The notes below the pieces were generated by a model. That model was not told the DNA's origin. It saw nothing but the letters and a program-made list of their open reading frames with translations, and did no database searches. Positions 31,909 to 33,612 of a stretch of 33,612 nt of DNA are shown piece by piece (the stretch's first letter is position 1; every line of letters starts with the position of its first letter). Position numbers and translations under genes: made by a program. This stretch comes from Thraustochytrium aureum (Eukaryota), in the NCBI GenBank assembly GCA_012862495.1, contig BLSG01000337.1, forward strand, positions 58,707 to 92,318. Direction: 5' to 3'.

Positions 31909-31940
<32 letters not shown>
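31898..31940. repeat. (GGCA)n microsatellite
   Basis: About 10 GGCA units with one GACA variant. Confidence 0.88.
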
Positions 31941-32172
31941 CGCTTCGCGCTGGTGCGTGCGTGCGGGCGTGCACTGCGGTGGGCGCTGCGGCGGCGAAGG
32001 CGTGCGCGGAAGGCCGCTTTCGACGCGCCGGTCGGTTNNNNNNNNNNNNNNNNNNNNNNNNNNNNNNNNNNNNNNNNNNNNNNNNNNNNNNNNNNNNNNN
32101 NNNNNNNNNNNNNNNNNNNNNNNNNNNNNNNNNNNNNNNNNNNNNNNNNNNNNNNNNNNNNNNNNNNNNNNN

Positions 32173-33221
32173 GGGAACGTCGTGGACGCGGATCGCGCGG
32201 AGTGGGCATGTGGACTTGGACATGATTCGTCGCCGGACGGGATGGACGGCGAGGGGTTTGGCGCCGAGAATGCTGGCCGGATGGGGAACTGCTCGATGGG
32301 CGGAGAAGAGCCTGCCTCGCGATACTGGGCGCTCAAGGACTTTGTGATTGGCAAGAAAATAGGCGAGGGACAGCACGGCTCTGTGTATCACGCCAAGGAA
32401 AAGGCAAGCCGGTTCTCCTGCGCGCTGAAAGTGCTTCACAAGTCAAACTTGGAGCGCGCAAACCTTTGCCACCAGCTGCGTCGCGAGATCGAGATTCAGT
32501 CACGCCTGCAACACAAGCATGTGCTGCAGCTTTACGGGTACTTTTTTGACGAGACACGAATCTACCTGATTCTCGAGATCGCGTGGCGCGGGAGCGTATA
32601 CGACCTCCTCAAGCGGGAGGGGCGGTTTTCTGAGAAAGACACGACGAGGTATGTCGCGCAGCTCGCCGAGGCCCTGCTGCTCTGCCACGAGAAAAACGTG
32701 ATCCACCGCGACATCAAGCCAGAAAATTTACTGCTTGACCACAAGGGCGACCTCAAGCTGGCCGATTTCGGCTCTTCGGTCCACGCGCCGAGCTCAAGCC
32801 GACGCACGTTTTGCGGCACACGCGGTAAGTCCTTGGGGCTTGGAGCCCTGCGCCACTCAGCGCGCTATGGCGGCGCCGCAGTGGCTGGTCTCTCACTGAC
32901 GGGTTTTCGAGCGACGCAGACTACATCCCCCCCGAAATGCTGGAGGGCAAACGCTACAACGAATTCACAGACAATTGGGCCTTGGGCGTCCTCACGTTTG
33001 AGCTCCTCACGGGCAAGCCGCCCTTCGAGCACGCAAGCCAGGTTGAGACGTACAAACGGATAATCAGCGTTCAAGTCGACTTTCCCGCGCACATCTCCGA
33101 GGCCGCGAGAGGATTCATCCGCAGCCTCTTGCAGCGCGAGCCGAAAATGCGGTTGGCGCTTGCATCGGTGCGCGATCACCCCTGGATCGCCTCGCACGCG
33201 GATGCCTCGCCCGCGCCATAG
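32173..33221 (+). CDS. Aurora kinase (copy 2); exons ?-32824 and 32920-33221; start uncertain (ATG 32242 or 32281, or inside the gap)
   Basis: WALKDFVIGKKIGEG, QLRREIEIQSRLQH, LYGYFFD, HRDIKPENLLL, DFGSSVHAPSSSRRTFCGTR|DYIPPEM, GKPPFE, HPWI. Confidence 0.92.
32825..32919 (+). other. Spliceosomal intron of Aurora copy 2 (95 nt)
   Basis: GTAAGT donor and CGCAG acceptor; removal gives CGTR-DYIPPEM. Confidence 0.9.
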
Positions 33222-33612
33222 GGCGGCGCGCGGCGGGGCGGTTGCTCGTTCACACTGCCTCCGGCCGGATGGATGTGTCTTGTTAGCAACAGTAACAGTA
33301 AATCGACAGCGCCTTGATGTGAGTGACATTTGTGGAGATCCGGGCCCGGCAGCGCGGGCAAGCACAGACTGCGCCGCGGCTAGACGCCGCAGCGCGAAAA
33401 GCGCCGCAAACTCTAGCTAGAGGAAGAAACCAGCGAGCCGAGCCGGTTCGGGCCAGCCCCGCGAAACCCTCCGCCTCAACAAACGAAGCGGCTCATTGGC
33501 AAGGCGGCCGCGCAGTCGGCTCCGACGCCAGCACGGCCGACAGGCACGGTCGTCAGGCAAAGTAAGAACCAGGCCGCTCACGTGAGCGCCTTGGACGGGG
33601 CCGCGGACGGCA

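Noticed and set aside
216..33565. Many long antisense or overlapping ORFs, and ORFs spanning N gaps
   Set aside because: These are shadows of GC-rich real genes or artefacts of N runs at 1513-1936, 6490-6695, 10787-11127, 15031-15893, 22762-22871 and 32038-32172.

Overview
GC-rich eukaryotic genomic DNA with short GT-AG introns and six N gaps. RIB43A implies a flagellated stage; a stramenopile or thraustochytrid-like protist is a guess from style only. About 12 genes, mostly in head-to-head pairs: a biotin carboxylase-domain gene (cut by the window edge), an orphan nuclear coiled-coil protein with a Tudor-like segment, SEC63, a Dispatched/Patched-type RND transporter, 3-hydroxyisobutyrate dehydrogenase, a copine, a spermidine-synthase-like methyltransferase, RIB43A and two Aurora kinases. 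The block between the two Auroras (about 22-31.3 kb) is the most unusual part. It holds a ~1500-aa orphan membrane protein with a duplicated TM-Cys-loop-TM module, a coiled coil, about 16 head-to-tail CHCC zinc-ribbon motifs, an apparently catalytically degenerate RNase III-like domain and a PKRRRV NLS-like motif. Facing it is an importin-alpha-like ARM protein with a SAM-like N-terminus in place of the IBB and no NLS-binding Trp array. Four genes each need one extra base to stay in frame, most likely assembly errors. All domain calls are by eye; no searches were run.
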